Below the pieces are notes generated by a model. The model worked only from the letters and a program-made list of their open reading frames with translations. It was not told where the DNA came from and did not search any database. A DNA stretch of 64,000 nt from NCBI GenBank assembly GCA_037189525.1, contig JBBCJC010000005.1, forward strand, positions 384,001-448,000, read 5' to 3'. Every line of letters begins with the position of its first letter. The stretch's first letter is position 1. This document shows, piece by piece, positions 29,904-38,437 of this stretch. Source of the DNA: Gemmatimonadales bacterium (lineage in GTDB: Bacteria > Gemmatimonadota > Gemmatimonadetes > Gemmatimonadales > GWC2-71-9). Both the position numbers and the translations under genes were made by a program.

Positions 29904-31426
29904 AGCGGGCTCTCCTTTCCGTCAGCGACAAACGAGGCATCGTCGAACTGAGCCGCGGTCTGATCCGTCTCGGCTTCGAGCTGATCTCGACCGGCGGAAC
30001 GGCCGCGACGCTCAAGAAGGCCGGCCTGCCGGTCACCTCCGTGGATGCCGTGACCGGTTTCCCGGAAATCCTCGACGGACGGGTCAAGACATTGCACCCG
30101 AAGATCCATGCCGGCCTGCTGGCGCAGCAGGACAACGAGCAGCATCGGACGGCCCTCACGGCTCACGGCATCGCGCCCTTTGCCCTGGTGGCCGTCAATC
30201 TCTATCCGTTCCAGGCCACCATCGCGCAATCCGATGTGACGTTCGAGAACGCGGTCGAGAACATCGACGTCGGTGGCCCCTCGATGCTCCGCGCGGCCGC
30301 CAAGAATCATCAGTACGTGCTACCCGTCGTCGACCCGACCGACTACCCGCGGGTCCTCGAACTGCTCGAGCAGGACGGGCTCACCCCCGCGATTCGCCGC
30401 GCCTTTGCCGCCAAGGTCTTTTCGCACACGGCCGACTACGACAACGCGATCGCCGGCTATCTGACCGAGGCCGAGGAAGGGTTGCCTCCGCGTCTCAATC
30501 TGTCGGTCGAGCAGCTGCTCCCGCTTCGCTACGGAGAAAATCCCGAGCAGCGAGCGGCGCTCTACGCCTCGGAGGAGCCGCGCGGGATTCGGGATCTCAA
30601 GCAGCGTCAGGGCAAAGAACTCTCGTTCAATAATCTGCTCGATATCGACAGCGCCACGGCGGCGGTCGCTGCGTGGAAGAACCGGCCGGCCTGCTGCATC
30701 GTGAAGCACACCACGCCGTGCGGCATTGCCGTCGGCCGGACCGCGCTGGACGCTCTCAATAAGGCTCGGGCGACCGATCCGCTGTCGGCGTTCGGCGGCG
30801 TGATTGCCTGTAACACGGTGATCGATCGGACCATTGCCGAATCGCTCCGCGACCTCTTCTTCGAAGTGATCGTGGCTCCGTCGGTGCACGACGACGCTCT
30901 CGAGATCTTTGCCGAGAAGAAGAATTTGCGCGTGGTCGAACTGCCGATCAGCGACGCGCCCGGTCTCGACTGGAAGCGAGTCCGGGGCGGTTTCCTGGTG
31001 CAGGATCGCTTCCGGTTCAATGCCTCCGAACAGGAATGGACCGTACCGACCGGCCGGAAGCCGACGGTCGACGAGATGAATGACCTCCGCTTTGCCTGGA
31101 CGGCCATCGCGACGGTCAAGTCGAACGCGATCCTGATTGCCAAGAACGAGCAGGCCATCGGCATCGGCGCGGGCCAGATGAGCCGGGTCGACGCCGTCTT
31201 CCTTGCTGCGCACAAAACCCGGCAGCAGTCGCACGACCCGGCCGGCTCCGTGCTGGCCTCCGACGGATTCTTTCCCTTCCCCGATGGCGTCGAAGAAGCC
31301 GCCAAAGCGGGGATCACGGCCATCATTCAACCCGGCGGATCGGTTCGAGACGCCGAAGTCATCGCGGCCGCCAATCGGCTCGGCATCGCCATGGTATTCA
31401 CCGGCAAACGGATGTTCCGGCATTGA
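29900..31426 (+). CDS. purH: Bifunctional AICAR transformylase/IMP cyclohydrolase
   Basis: ALLSVSDK, GRVKTLHP, LRYGENP, VKSNAI, GAGQMSRV, IQPGGS. Confidence 0.98.
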   Translation: MKRALLSVSDKRGIVELSRGLIRLGFELISTGGTAATLKKAGLPVTSVDAVTGFPEILDGRVKTLHPKIHAGLLAQQDNEQHRTALTAHGIAPFALVAVNLYPFQATIAQSDVTFENAVENIDVGGPSMLRAAAKNHQYVLPVVDPTDYPRVLELLEQDGLTPAIRRAFAAKVFSHTADYDNAIAGYLTEAEEGLPPRLNLSVEQLLPLRYGENPEQRAALYASEEPRGIRDLKQRQGKELSFNNLLDIDSATAAVAAWKNRPACCIVKHTTPCGIAVGRTALDALNKARATDPLSAFGGVIACNTVIDRTIAESLRDLFFEVIVAPSVHDDALEIFAEKKNLRVVELPISDAPGLDWKRVRGGFLVQDRFRFNASEQEWTVPTGRKPTVDEMNDLRFAWTAIATVKSNAILIAKNEQAIGIGAGQMSRVDAVFLAAHKTRQQSHDPAGSVLASDGFFPFPDGVEEAAKAGITAIIQPGGSVRDAEVIAAANRLGIAMVFTGKRMFRH

Positions 31427-31428
31427 CC

Positions 31429-33624
31429 ATGACTCAAGAGCGACCACCCTATCTCTGGGCTCTCGGCACCGCCATCGCGGTGCTCGTCATCTATCTCTTC
31501 ACGCTGGCGCCGACGACCGCCTTCTGGGATGCGTCGGAGTACATCGCCGCGGCCAAGGTCCTCGGGATCCCGCATCCGCCGGGCAACCCGCTCTTCGTGC
31601 TGCTGGCCCACGTCTTCGGCTTGTTTCCCTTCGTCGAAACGTACGCCGAACGGATCAACCTCTTTGCCGCGGTGACGAGTGCCGGCGCGGCAGGGTTCTG
31701 GTTCCTGGTATCGGAACGCTGGCTGCGCAACATCGTGCCCGCACGGTTGCCGCGACTGGTGGCCTCCGTGGCCGGCGTGCTGGTCGGCGCCACCATGTGG
31801 ACGGTCTGGAATCAGTCGACCGTGAACGAGAAGGTCTACACCGTCTCGCTCTTCTTCATGGCGCTGGTGACCTGGCTGGCCGTGCACTGGGGCGACGACG
31901 AGCCCGGCTCGCACCGCGACCGCTGGCTCATCGTGATTGCCTATCTGCTGGCGCTCACGTCGACCAATCACATGATGGGCGTGCTGGCGGCGCCGGCCGT
32001 CATCATGTACGTCCTCTGGACCGACTGGCGGGTCCTGACGCGTCCGGCGGTACTGATCGGTATCGTGGCCGTGGTGATCATCGGCCTGACCCCGAACTAT
32101 GTCTTCCTCCCGATCCGCGCGGAACAGTTCCCGCCGATCAACGAGGGTGAGCCGGTCGGATTCAGTGCGCTCTGCGCCGTGACGGCCGGACTGGCCGGCT
32201 GCAGCGATGCGCTCTCGGACGTGCTCAACCGGGCCCAGTACGGTAAAGGATCGGTCTTCGACCGCCAGGCCGATCTGGTGGCCCAGTACGCCAACTACTG
32301 GCAGTACTTCACCTGGCAGTTTGCCCGCGACTGGGAAGGATTCCGCCTTGCCGCCACGGGGCTGTTCACCGTGCTCGGCCTGACCGGCCTGTATCAGATG
32401 CTGCGCAAGGATCTCCGCGCGGGCCTGGCCGCCGGCGCCATGCTCTTTACCCTGACGATTGCGCTCGTCTTCTATCTCAACTTCAAGTACGGCTACTCGA
32501 TCTATCCCGATCGGACCGATATCAACCACAATCTCCGCGAAGTGCGCGAGCGCGATTACTTCTTCCTCTGCTCGTTTGCCTTCTTCGGCACCCTGGTGGC
32601 GGCCGGCTTTGGCACCGTGATGACGGCGGTGGCCGACTTCTTCAAGACTCGGCTGTCCGAATCGGCGCGCTGGTACGCCGCGTTGCCGGTCGCGCTGCTG
32701 GCGCTGATTCCGCTGCTCGGCAATCGCGTGTCGGCCAATCGCGACCACGAGTACGCCGCCCGGGATCTGGCGCGCGACCTGCTCGAATCGGTGGAGCCGT
32801 ACGGCATCCTGATCACCGCCGGCGACAACGATACCTTCCCGCTCTGGTATGCGCAGGAAGTGGAAGGGATTCGCCCCGACGTGACCGTGGCCAACATGTC
32901 GCTCATGAATACCGAGTGGCATCTCAAGCAGCTGGGTCGCCGAGCCACGCCCGAGTTCGACCCGAGCACCGCGGCCGCGCTCTGGCGCTCGCCCGACCGC
33001 CGCGGCACGCCGCTCGTCGATAGCGTCGATGCCACGGCGCCGTCGACGACCTGGGCCAAGCCGTCCGGCTCCGTCTTCTCGCTGTCCGAAACGGAACTGC
33101 ACAACCTGCCCGAGTTCACCCGCCCGCCCGCGGGATCGGTGCGCTTCGGCAATATCGAACTCAATTTCGAAGAGGTGCAGTACCTGGATCGCAAGGACAT
33201 CGCGACGATGTTCCTGATCCGCGACAACATCGGCAAGCGACCGATCTTTTTCAGCTGGAGCACCAGCTACTTTGCCGACCGAACCTTCGGTCTGACCCAG
33301 TATCTCGTGACGCAGGGCTTCGTGCGGAAGCTGTACCCTCAGCCGGTCACGCCTGCGCCAGGTCTGGTGTTCGGCCCGATGGGATGGATGGATATCGAAC
33401 GCACCGGCGATCTGCTCTGGGACACCTACCGATTGGAAAGCGTCTCGCGTCCCCGGCCGCTCGGATGGGTCGACGAGCCGTCGCGGTCGATCCTGGAACT
33501 GTACGCCGCTGTGTACGCGGCCTACGCCGCCACGCTTCGCCAGCAGAACGATACGACGCTCGCCGCCCGAGCCGATTCCGCCGGCGAGGCCGTGATGCGG
33601 AGTTTGCGGCCGGCCGTCAAATAG
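31429..33624 (+). CDS. DUF2723 / TMEM260-like multi-pass membrane glycosyltransferase (GT-C-like)
   Basis: APTTAFWDASEY...GIPHPPGNP, EVRERDYFF, GDNDTFPLWYAQEVEGIRPDV; about 11 hydrophobic segments then a soluble C-terminal domain. Confidence 0.82.
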   Translation: MTQERPPYLWALGTAIAVLVIYLFTLAPTTAFWDASEYIAAAKVLGIPHPPGNPLFVLLAHVFGLFPFVETYAERINLFAAVTSAGAAGFWFLVSERWLRNIVPARLPRLVASVAGVLVGATMWTVWNQSTVNEKVYTVSLFFMALVTWLAVHWGDDEPGSHRDRWLIVIAYLLALTSTNHMMGVLAAPAVIMYVLWTDWRVLTRPAVLIGIVAVVIIGLTPNYVFLPIRAEQFPPINEGEPVGFSALCAVTAGLAGCSDALSDVLNRAQYGKGSVFDRQADLVAQYANYWQYFTWQFARDWEGFRLAATGLFTVLGLTGLYQMLRKDLRAGLAAGAMLFTLTIALVFYLNFKYGYSIYPDRTDINHNLREVRERDYFFLCSFAFFGTLVAAGFGTVMTAVADFFKTRLSESARWYAALPVALLALIPLLGNRVSANRDHEYAARDLARDLLESVEPYGILITAGDNDTFPLWYAQEVEGIRPDVTVANMSLMNTEWHLKQLGRRATPEFDPSTAAALWRSPDRRGTPLVDSVDATAPSTTWAKPSGSVFSLSETELHNLPEFTRPPAGSVRFGNIELNFEEVQYLDRKDIATMFLIRDNIGKRPIFFSWSTSYFADRTFGLTQYLVTQGFVRKLYPQPVTPAPGLVFGPMGWMDIERTGDLLWDTYRLESVSRPRPLGWVDEPSRSILELYAAVYAAYAATLRQQNDTTLAARADSAGEAVMRSLRPAVK

Positions 33625-33702
33625 CACCAAAGCTCGAGGGCCGTGTCGTAGCCGGCACGGCCCTTGGGCCCACCCGGACGCGGCGTTAGCTTGCGTCCGC
33701 CA

Positions 33703-33789
33703 GGCGCGGTGGCAGAGCGGTTGATTGCACCGGTCTTGAAAACCGGCGAACCCGAAAGGGTTCCGTGAGTTCGAATCTCACCCGCGCCG
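33703..33789 (+). tRNA. tRNA-Ser(TGA); CCA not encoded
   Basis: GGCGCGG/CCGCGCC acceptor stem, anticodon arm CCGGT-CT-TGA-AA-ACCGG, long variable arm, GTTCGAAT, G73. Confidence 0.96.
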
Positions 33790-33877
33790 TCGTCGTCCCA
33801 CACCCGCGTGACGCCACCCCGATCGTTCTTTCTGATTTCCGGAATGACTATTGGGCAGGACACGCAGCAGGTCCCGC

Positions 33878-34450
33878 ATGGTTCAGGTCCCTCCCCCGCA
33901 GGAAGCGCACTGGCCGGACGGCGCGATCTTCACCGTCGGACATTCGACCTTGCCGACCGATCGCTTCATCGCGCTGCTGCACACCTACGGCATCGAAACG
34001 CTCGCGGATATCCGCACGGTGCCACGGTCGCGGCACAACCCGCAGTTCAACGCCGACACCCTGGCAGAGAGCCTGGCAGCGGCGCAGATCCACTACGTGG
34101 CTATGACCGAACTCGGCGGCCTGCGCAAGCCACGCAAAGACTCGCCCAATCTGGGTTGGCGCAACGCCAGCTTCCGCGGCTACGCCGACTACATGCAAAC
34201 GGCCGCGTTCCGCGACGCCATCGACGTCCTGATCGGCATGAGCCGCCAACAGCGAGTGGCGATCATGTGCGCCGAGGCCGTGCCGTGGCGCTGCCACCGC
34301 TCTCTGGTCGCCGACGCCCTGCATCTGCGCGGCGTGCCCGTGATCGAGATTCTCTCGGCCACCAGCTATCGGTCCCACACCCTCACCCCGTTCGCGCACG
34401 TCGAGGGCACTTCGATTACCTATCCGCCCGATCAGGCCACCCTGCTCTGA
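33878..34450 (+). CDS. DUF488 family protein
   Basis: FTVGHST, DIRTVPRSRHNPQFN, ELGGLR, MCAEAVPWRCHRSLVAD. Confidence 0.88.
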   Translation: MVQVPPPQEAHWPDGAIFTVGHSTLPTDRFIALLHTYGIETLADIRTVPRSRHNPQFNADTLAESLAAAQIHYVAMTELGGLRKPRKDSPNLGWRNASFRGYADYMQTAAFRDAIDVLIGMSRQQRVAIMCAEAVPWRCHRSLVADALHLRGVPVIEILSATSYRSHTLTPFAHVEGTSITYPPDQATLL

Positions 34451-34515
34451 CCCGGAGGCCAGCCGCACCACGCGCCAGACTCACACACGCAAGGCGCGCA
34501 TGAACCCGTCGGACC

Positions 34516-36354
34516 TCAGGCGCGCGGATTGCCCACCACGAATGCTTCCATCGCGAAGTACTCCGCCAGACCGAGCCGGTCGAGCTCCTCGGCCGTGCCT
34601 TTGTTGCGCGCCTCGACCCGCTGCCAGAACTCGCGCTCGTCGTGGCCGGGAAACGGCGCCGTGTCCTTCTGCGACTGGTGTTTGAAGATCGCGTGGATCT
34701 TGAGCTTGAGTTCTTCCTGGGAAAGCGGCACCAGCCAGGTGGCATCGGTGATCGACCACTCCTGCCAGGCGCCCCGATAGAGCCAGACTTCCGGCATCGA
34801 ACCGCCCTGCTCGCTGCGTTCGACCAGCGCCCGGTCGATCGCCTCTTTGCACATCCGATGCGTACCATGCGGATCGGACAGGTCTCCGGCAATGAAGACG
34901 AACTCCGGATCGACCTCGTCGAGCAACCGGCGCACGATGGCGACGTCCTCGGGTCCGATCGGCGCTTTTTTCACGGTCCCGGTTTGATAGAACGGCAGAT
35001 CGAGGAACCGGCCGGCCTCGGGCGGCAATCCGAGCACGCCGATCCCGGCAATCGCCTCGGAGACGCGGATCAGGCGTTTGATGTCGAGCACGGCCTCGAT
35101 ATCGACATCTCCCGGATGCTTCTCCGTCAGGTACGCTTCGACCTCGTTTGCCAGTTGCTCCGCCGGACCTTCCGGTAGATATCGCTCGGCGGCCAGGCGC
35201 CTCAGAAAATCGAGGTGCCGGCGCACATCGTGGTCGAACACCGCGATGTTGCCGCTGGTCATGTAGGCGACCACGATCTGGTTGCCGTTCTCCACCAGCT
35301 TGCGGAGGATCCCGCCCATCGAAATGACGTCGTCGTCCGGATGGGGTGAAAAACAGATGATCCGCTTACCGCGCGGCAACTTGGACCGGCCCCGAATCTT
35401 CGCACCGAGCGTGTTGAACACTTCGCCGTTGAGGACCCCGGGCGCCGGGTAGCGATTGACCAGCGAGCCGAGTTTGTGCTCGGCGTAGTCGCCGCGGGTC
35501 AGCTTGAGGATGGCCTTGCCGGTCTGGTGCGAAAGCCAGACCACCGCCCGAACGACCTGAGCCGGAGTCCACTCTACCGGACCGACCAGCCACGGCGTGG
35601 CAATCGCGGTCAGCTGCTCCGCCGCCGCGCGATCGAGATAGAAGGCAACGTTCGGGTGCTGCTGCAGAAAGGTGGCCGGTACCTGCGGATCGATCCGTCC
35701 CTCGATGGCCTGACGTACGATGCCGGCTTTGTGCTCTCCCGTGGCCAGGACCACGATCTCGCGAGCCGCCATGATGGTGCCCACCCCCATGGTGACTGCC
35801 TGCCGGGGCACATTCTCTTCGCCGAAGAAGTCGGCCGCCGCATCTCGCCGCGTTACGGCATCGAGTTCGATCAATCGGGTCCGGCTGTCCGCTGGCGAGC
35901 CCGGTTCATTGAACCCGATATGCCCGGTCCGGCCCAGACCAAGTATCTGGATGTCGATGCCGCCGTGGCGCCGGATCGCGTCCTCGTACGCCTGGGTTGC
36001 CGCCGCCATATCCCGATCCGGCAGGTCGCCGCGCGGAACATGTACGTTGGCGGGATCGATGTCGACCAGACTGAACAGATGCTCCTGCATGAAACGGTGA
36101 TACGAATGCAGATTGTCCGGCGCCATCGGGAAGTACTCGTCGAGATTGAACGTCACCACATCCCGGAAGCTGAGCTCTTCTTCCCGGTGCCTCCGCACCA
36201 GCTCCGCATAGATCCCGATCGGGGTCGACCCGGTTGCCAGGCCGAGCACCGGCGCCCGTCCGGCGGCGCGGGCTGCCGCCATGCTCTCGACGATCCGGTC
36301 GGTCACCCGTCGGGCGAGTTCGAGATGATCTTCGGTTATCGAAATCGTGGGCAC
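34516..36354 (-). CDS. nagB: Glucosamine-6-phosphate deaminase, long form with C-terminal PIG-L-like domain
   Basis: GLATGSTP, FNLDEY, GHIGFNEPGS; FSPHPDDDVISMGG, DPHGTH, HQSQ; SD GGAGGAGG before GTG. Confidence 0.92.
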   Translation of the reverse strand: MPTISITEDHLELARRVTDRIVESMAAARAAGRAPVLGLATGSTPIGIYAELVRRHREEELSFRDVVTFNLDEYFPMAPDNLHSYHRFMQEHLFSLVDIDPANVHVPRGDLPDRDMAAATQAYEDAIRRHGGIDIQILGLGRTGHIGFNEPGSPADSRTRLIELDAVTRRDAAADFFGEENVPRQAVTMGVGTIMAAREIVVLATGEHKAGIVRQAIEGRIDPQVPATFLQQHPNVAFYLDRAAAEQLTAIATPWLVGPVEWTPAQVVRAVVWLSHQTGKAILKLTRGDYAEHKLGSLVNRYPAPGVLNGEVFNTLGAKIRGRSKLPRGKRIICFSPHPDDDVISMGGILRKLVENGNQIVVAYMTSGNIAVFDHDVRRHLDFLRRLAAERYLPEGPAEQLANEVEAYLTEKHPGDVDIEAVLDIKRLIRVSEAIAGIGVLGLPPEAGRFLDLPFYQTGTVKKAPIGPEDVAIVRRLLDEVDPEFVFIAGDLSDPHGTHRMCKEAIDRALVERSEQGGSMPEVWLYRGAWQEWSITDATWLVPLSQEELKLKIHAIFKHQSQKDTAPFPGHDEREFWQRVEARNKGTAEELDRLGLAEYFAMEAFVVGNPRA

Positions 36355-36452
36355 GGGCTTCCTCCTCCGTCTGTCACCTGATCATCCTCGAGCTGGATCA
36401 ATCTGCCTCACCCGTCAGCGCCGCGCCACGAACCCTCCAGAAGGGCGCCGGT

Positions 36453-36480
36453 TCAGCTTTCAGCCACACCCTGCCGATAC
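36453..36480 (+). promoter_or_regulatory. Possible sigma28 (FliA/SigD)-type promoter
   Basis: TCAG-N16-GCCGATAC versus consensus TAAA-N15-GCCGATAA; ends 7 nt before the ATG. Confidence 0.35.
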
Positions 36481-36487
36481 TGTAGTC

Positions 36488-37708
36488 ATGCATACCGGCG
36501 ACGTCTTCATCGCGCGACAACCCATCCTCGACCGCAACGACCTGGTTGCCGGTTACGAGATCCTGTTCCGATCCGGCCCCGAAAACCGCTTTGCGGGCGG
36601 CGACGCCGACATGGCATCGAGCCAGGGCCTCGAACGGGCCCTGATGACCTTCGGATTCGACGAATTGACCAACGGCCGGCCGGCCTTCATCAATTTGTCC
36701 CGCCAGGTCCTCCTCACTGAACTGTACACCCTGCTTCCGGCCGATCGCTCCGTCATCGAGCTGCTGGAAACGGTCGAGCCGGACCACGAGGTCATCGCGG
36801 CCGTCGAGCGCCTCAAGAAGAGCGGATACCAGCTCGCCCTCGACGACTTCGTCTATACGCCGGCGGCCGACCCCCTGCTGGCCCTCGCCGATATCGTCAA
36901 GATCGACTTCCGGAATCCGGAGGCCACGACACCGGAGGCCATTGCCCGGGCCCGGAGCCATGGTGCCAGACTGCTGGCCGAAAAGGTCGAGACCCGCGAC
37001 GAACGGGACGCGGCGGCCGAGCAAGGGTTCGACTGGTTCCAGGGCTACTACTTCTGCCGGCCGGAGATGATGCAGAACCGGTCGCAGGCGCCCAGCCGGC
37101 TCAACTACCTCCGCATGCTCCGGGAAGTCGGCCAGCACGAGATCGAGTTCGAACGGGTCGAAGCAATCATCCGGGAAGAAGTGGCGTTCTCGGTCCGGCT
37201 ACTCCGGTACCTCAACTCGGCCGGCTTCGGATGGCGCCATCAGGTCGAGACGATCGACCACGCCCTCCGGCTCCTCGGTGTGAAACAGCTCCGGAAGTGG
37301 GTCTCGGCCGTGGCAACGGTCGGCCTCTCGAGCGGCAAGCCCCCGGAGCTGGTGACGACCGCGCTGCTCCGCGCCCGGCTGGCCGAGCTGCTCGCCGGAC
37401 CGGTCGGGCTCGACAACTCGGACCTCGACCTGTTCTTCGCGGGCCTCCTGTCCGTAATGGACGCCGTGATGGACCAGCCGCTCGAACAGCTGGTCGGCTC
37501 GCTCTCGCTCTCGCCACCATTGGCCGCGGCACTGCTCCGGCGGGAACCGCCGTTCGGTCCGGTGCTCGACCTGGTCGTCGCGCAAGAGCGCGGCGAATGG
37601 AGCCGGATGGAGGCCTTGGCCGAACAGCTCGGCGCCCGGACGACCCACGTTCAGGAAGCCTATCAGACCGCCTCGAACTGGGCTGCCGAAATCTCCAAAG
37701 CCGCCTGA
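36488..37708 (+). CDS. EAL + HDOD domain protein (YuxH-like c-di-GMP phosphodiesterase)
   Basis: FIARQPI, YEILFR, ALDDF, VKID, LAEKVET, FQGYYF; HDOD LLRYLNSA...ALRLLG. Confidence 0.88.
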   Translation: MHTGDVFIARQPILDRNDLVAGYEILFRSGPENRFAGGDADMASSQGLERALMTFGFDELTNGRPAFINLSRQVLLTELYTLLPADRSVIELLETVEPDHEVIAAVERLKKSGYQLALDDFVYTPAADPLLALADIVKIDFRNPEATTPEAIARARSHGARLLAEKVETRDERDAAAEQGFDWFQGYYFCRPEMMQNRSQAPSRLNYLRMLREVGQHEIEFERVEAIIREEVAFSVRLLRYLNSAGFGWRHQVETIDHALRLLGVKQLRKWVSAVATVGLSSGKPPELVTTALLRARLAELLAGPVGLDNSDLDLFFAGLLSVMDAVMDQPLEQLVGSLSLSPPLAAALLRREPPFGPVLDLVVAQERGEWSRMEALAEQLGARTTHVQEAYQTASNWAAEISKAA

Positions 37709-37734
37709 CCCCCGGGCGATAATCGCCCGACCCC

Positions 37735-37785
37735 CGAGACCCCGAATTCGACCTTCACCTCGTCGAGCTCGGGGTCTCGCTTTTC
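37735..37785 (+). terminator. Probable intrinsic terminator
   Basis: CGAGACCCCGA (37735-37745) / TCGGGGTCTCG (37769-37779) stem followed by CTTTT. Confidence 0.6.
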
Positions 37786-37844
37786 CCCTCCGCTTCCCCA
37801 AAATCGGCCTCACCTCTTGACGAGACCCGAAATCGGTCGGACAA

Positions 37845-37860
37845 TGGCATACAGTTCGCA
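37845..37860 (+). promoter_or_regulatory. Probable sigma54 (-24/-12) promoter
   Basis: TGGCATACAGTTCGCA has exact GG-N10-GC spacing, 60 nt upstream of ATG 37921. Confidence 0.5.
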
Positions 37861-37920
37861 AATTATACAGTCGAATTCTTCGACGGTGCGCAGGTGCAAA
37901 AGTTGTCGCGATTCCACAAC

Positions 37921-38361
37921 ATGCGTCAGATTCTTGAGGGGCGCCGACGCTCGCTGGCCCTGGTCGCGGTCATGATCGGCGGCTGCTCGTCCTTGGCACC
38001 TTCGGCCCCGGAGCTCCCGGTCGGGGCGGTCCGGATGTTGGCAGATACCGAATATCAGGTTTGGTTCGACCGCACCAAGGAGTGCAGTGGCCTTGGCGGT
38101 CAAATCAATGAAATTCAATGGTTTATCGTGCCTGGCGTAGAAACTTTCGAGACCTCGGCCGGTCCGAAGGTCGGGATGTGGGAAAAGACGGGCGGCGTCG
38201 CGCGGATCACGATCGCGGGAAATTATGCCCGGCACGAGATGGTGATCCGTCACGAAATGTTGCACCATCTGCTCGATCGCGAGGGTCACCCTGGCGAATT
38301 CTTTAGCGAACGGTGCCGGCTGACCTGGGAAACATGGTCGGATTCGCACCACGCCGATTGA
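37921..38361 (+). CDS. Small lipoprotein with HExxH zincin-like motif
   Basis: Signal RRRSLALVAVMIGG-C; VIRHEMLHHLLDREGH. Confidence 0.65.
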   Translation: MRQILEGRRRSLALVAVMIGGCSSLAPSAPELPVGAVRMLADTEYQVWFDRTKECSGLGGQINEIQWFIVPGVETFETSAGPKVGMWEKTGGVARITIAGNYARHEMVIRHEMLHHLLDREGHPGEFFSERCRLTWETWSDSHHAD

Positions 38362-38437
38362 TGCTTGAGTAGCACGGACCGCTGCTCGTAAGCGACACTG
38401 TTGGACCGAGGCCGCAATCGAGAGAACCGCCGGCCCG

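Noticed and set aside
31327..33630. 767 aa - strand ORF
   Set aside because: Antisense shadow of the DUF2723 gene
37800..37920. c-di-GMP riboswitch next to the EAL-HDOD gene
   Set aside because: No GGCAAA...GAAA...GGACGCAAAG GEMM core; better explained as a sigma54-like promoter
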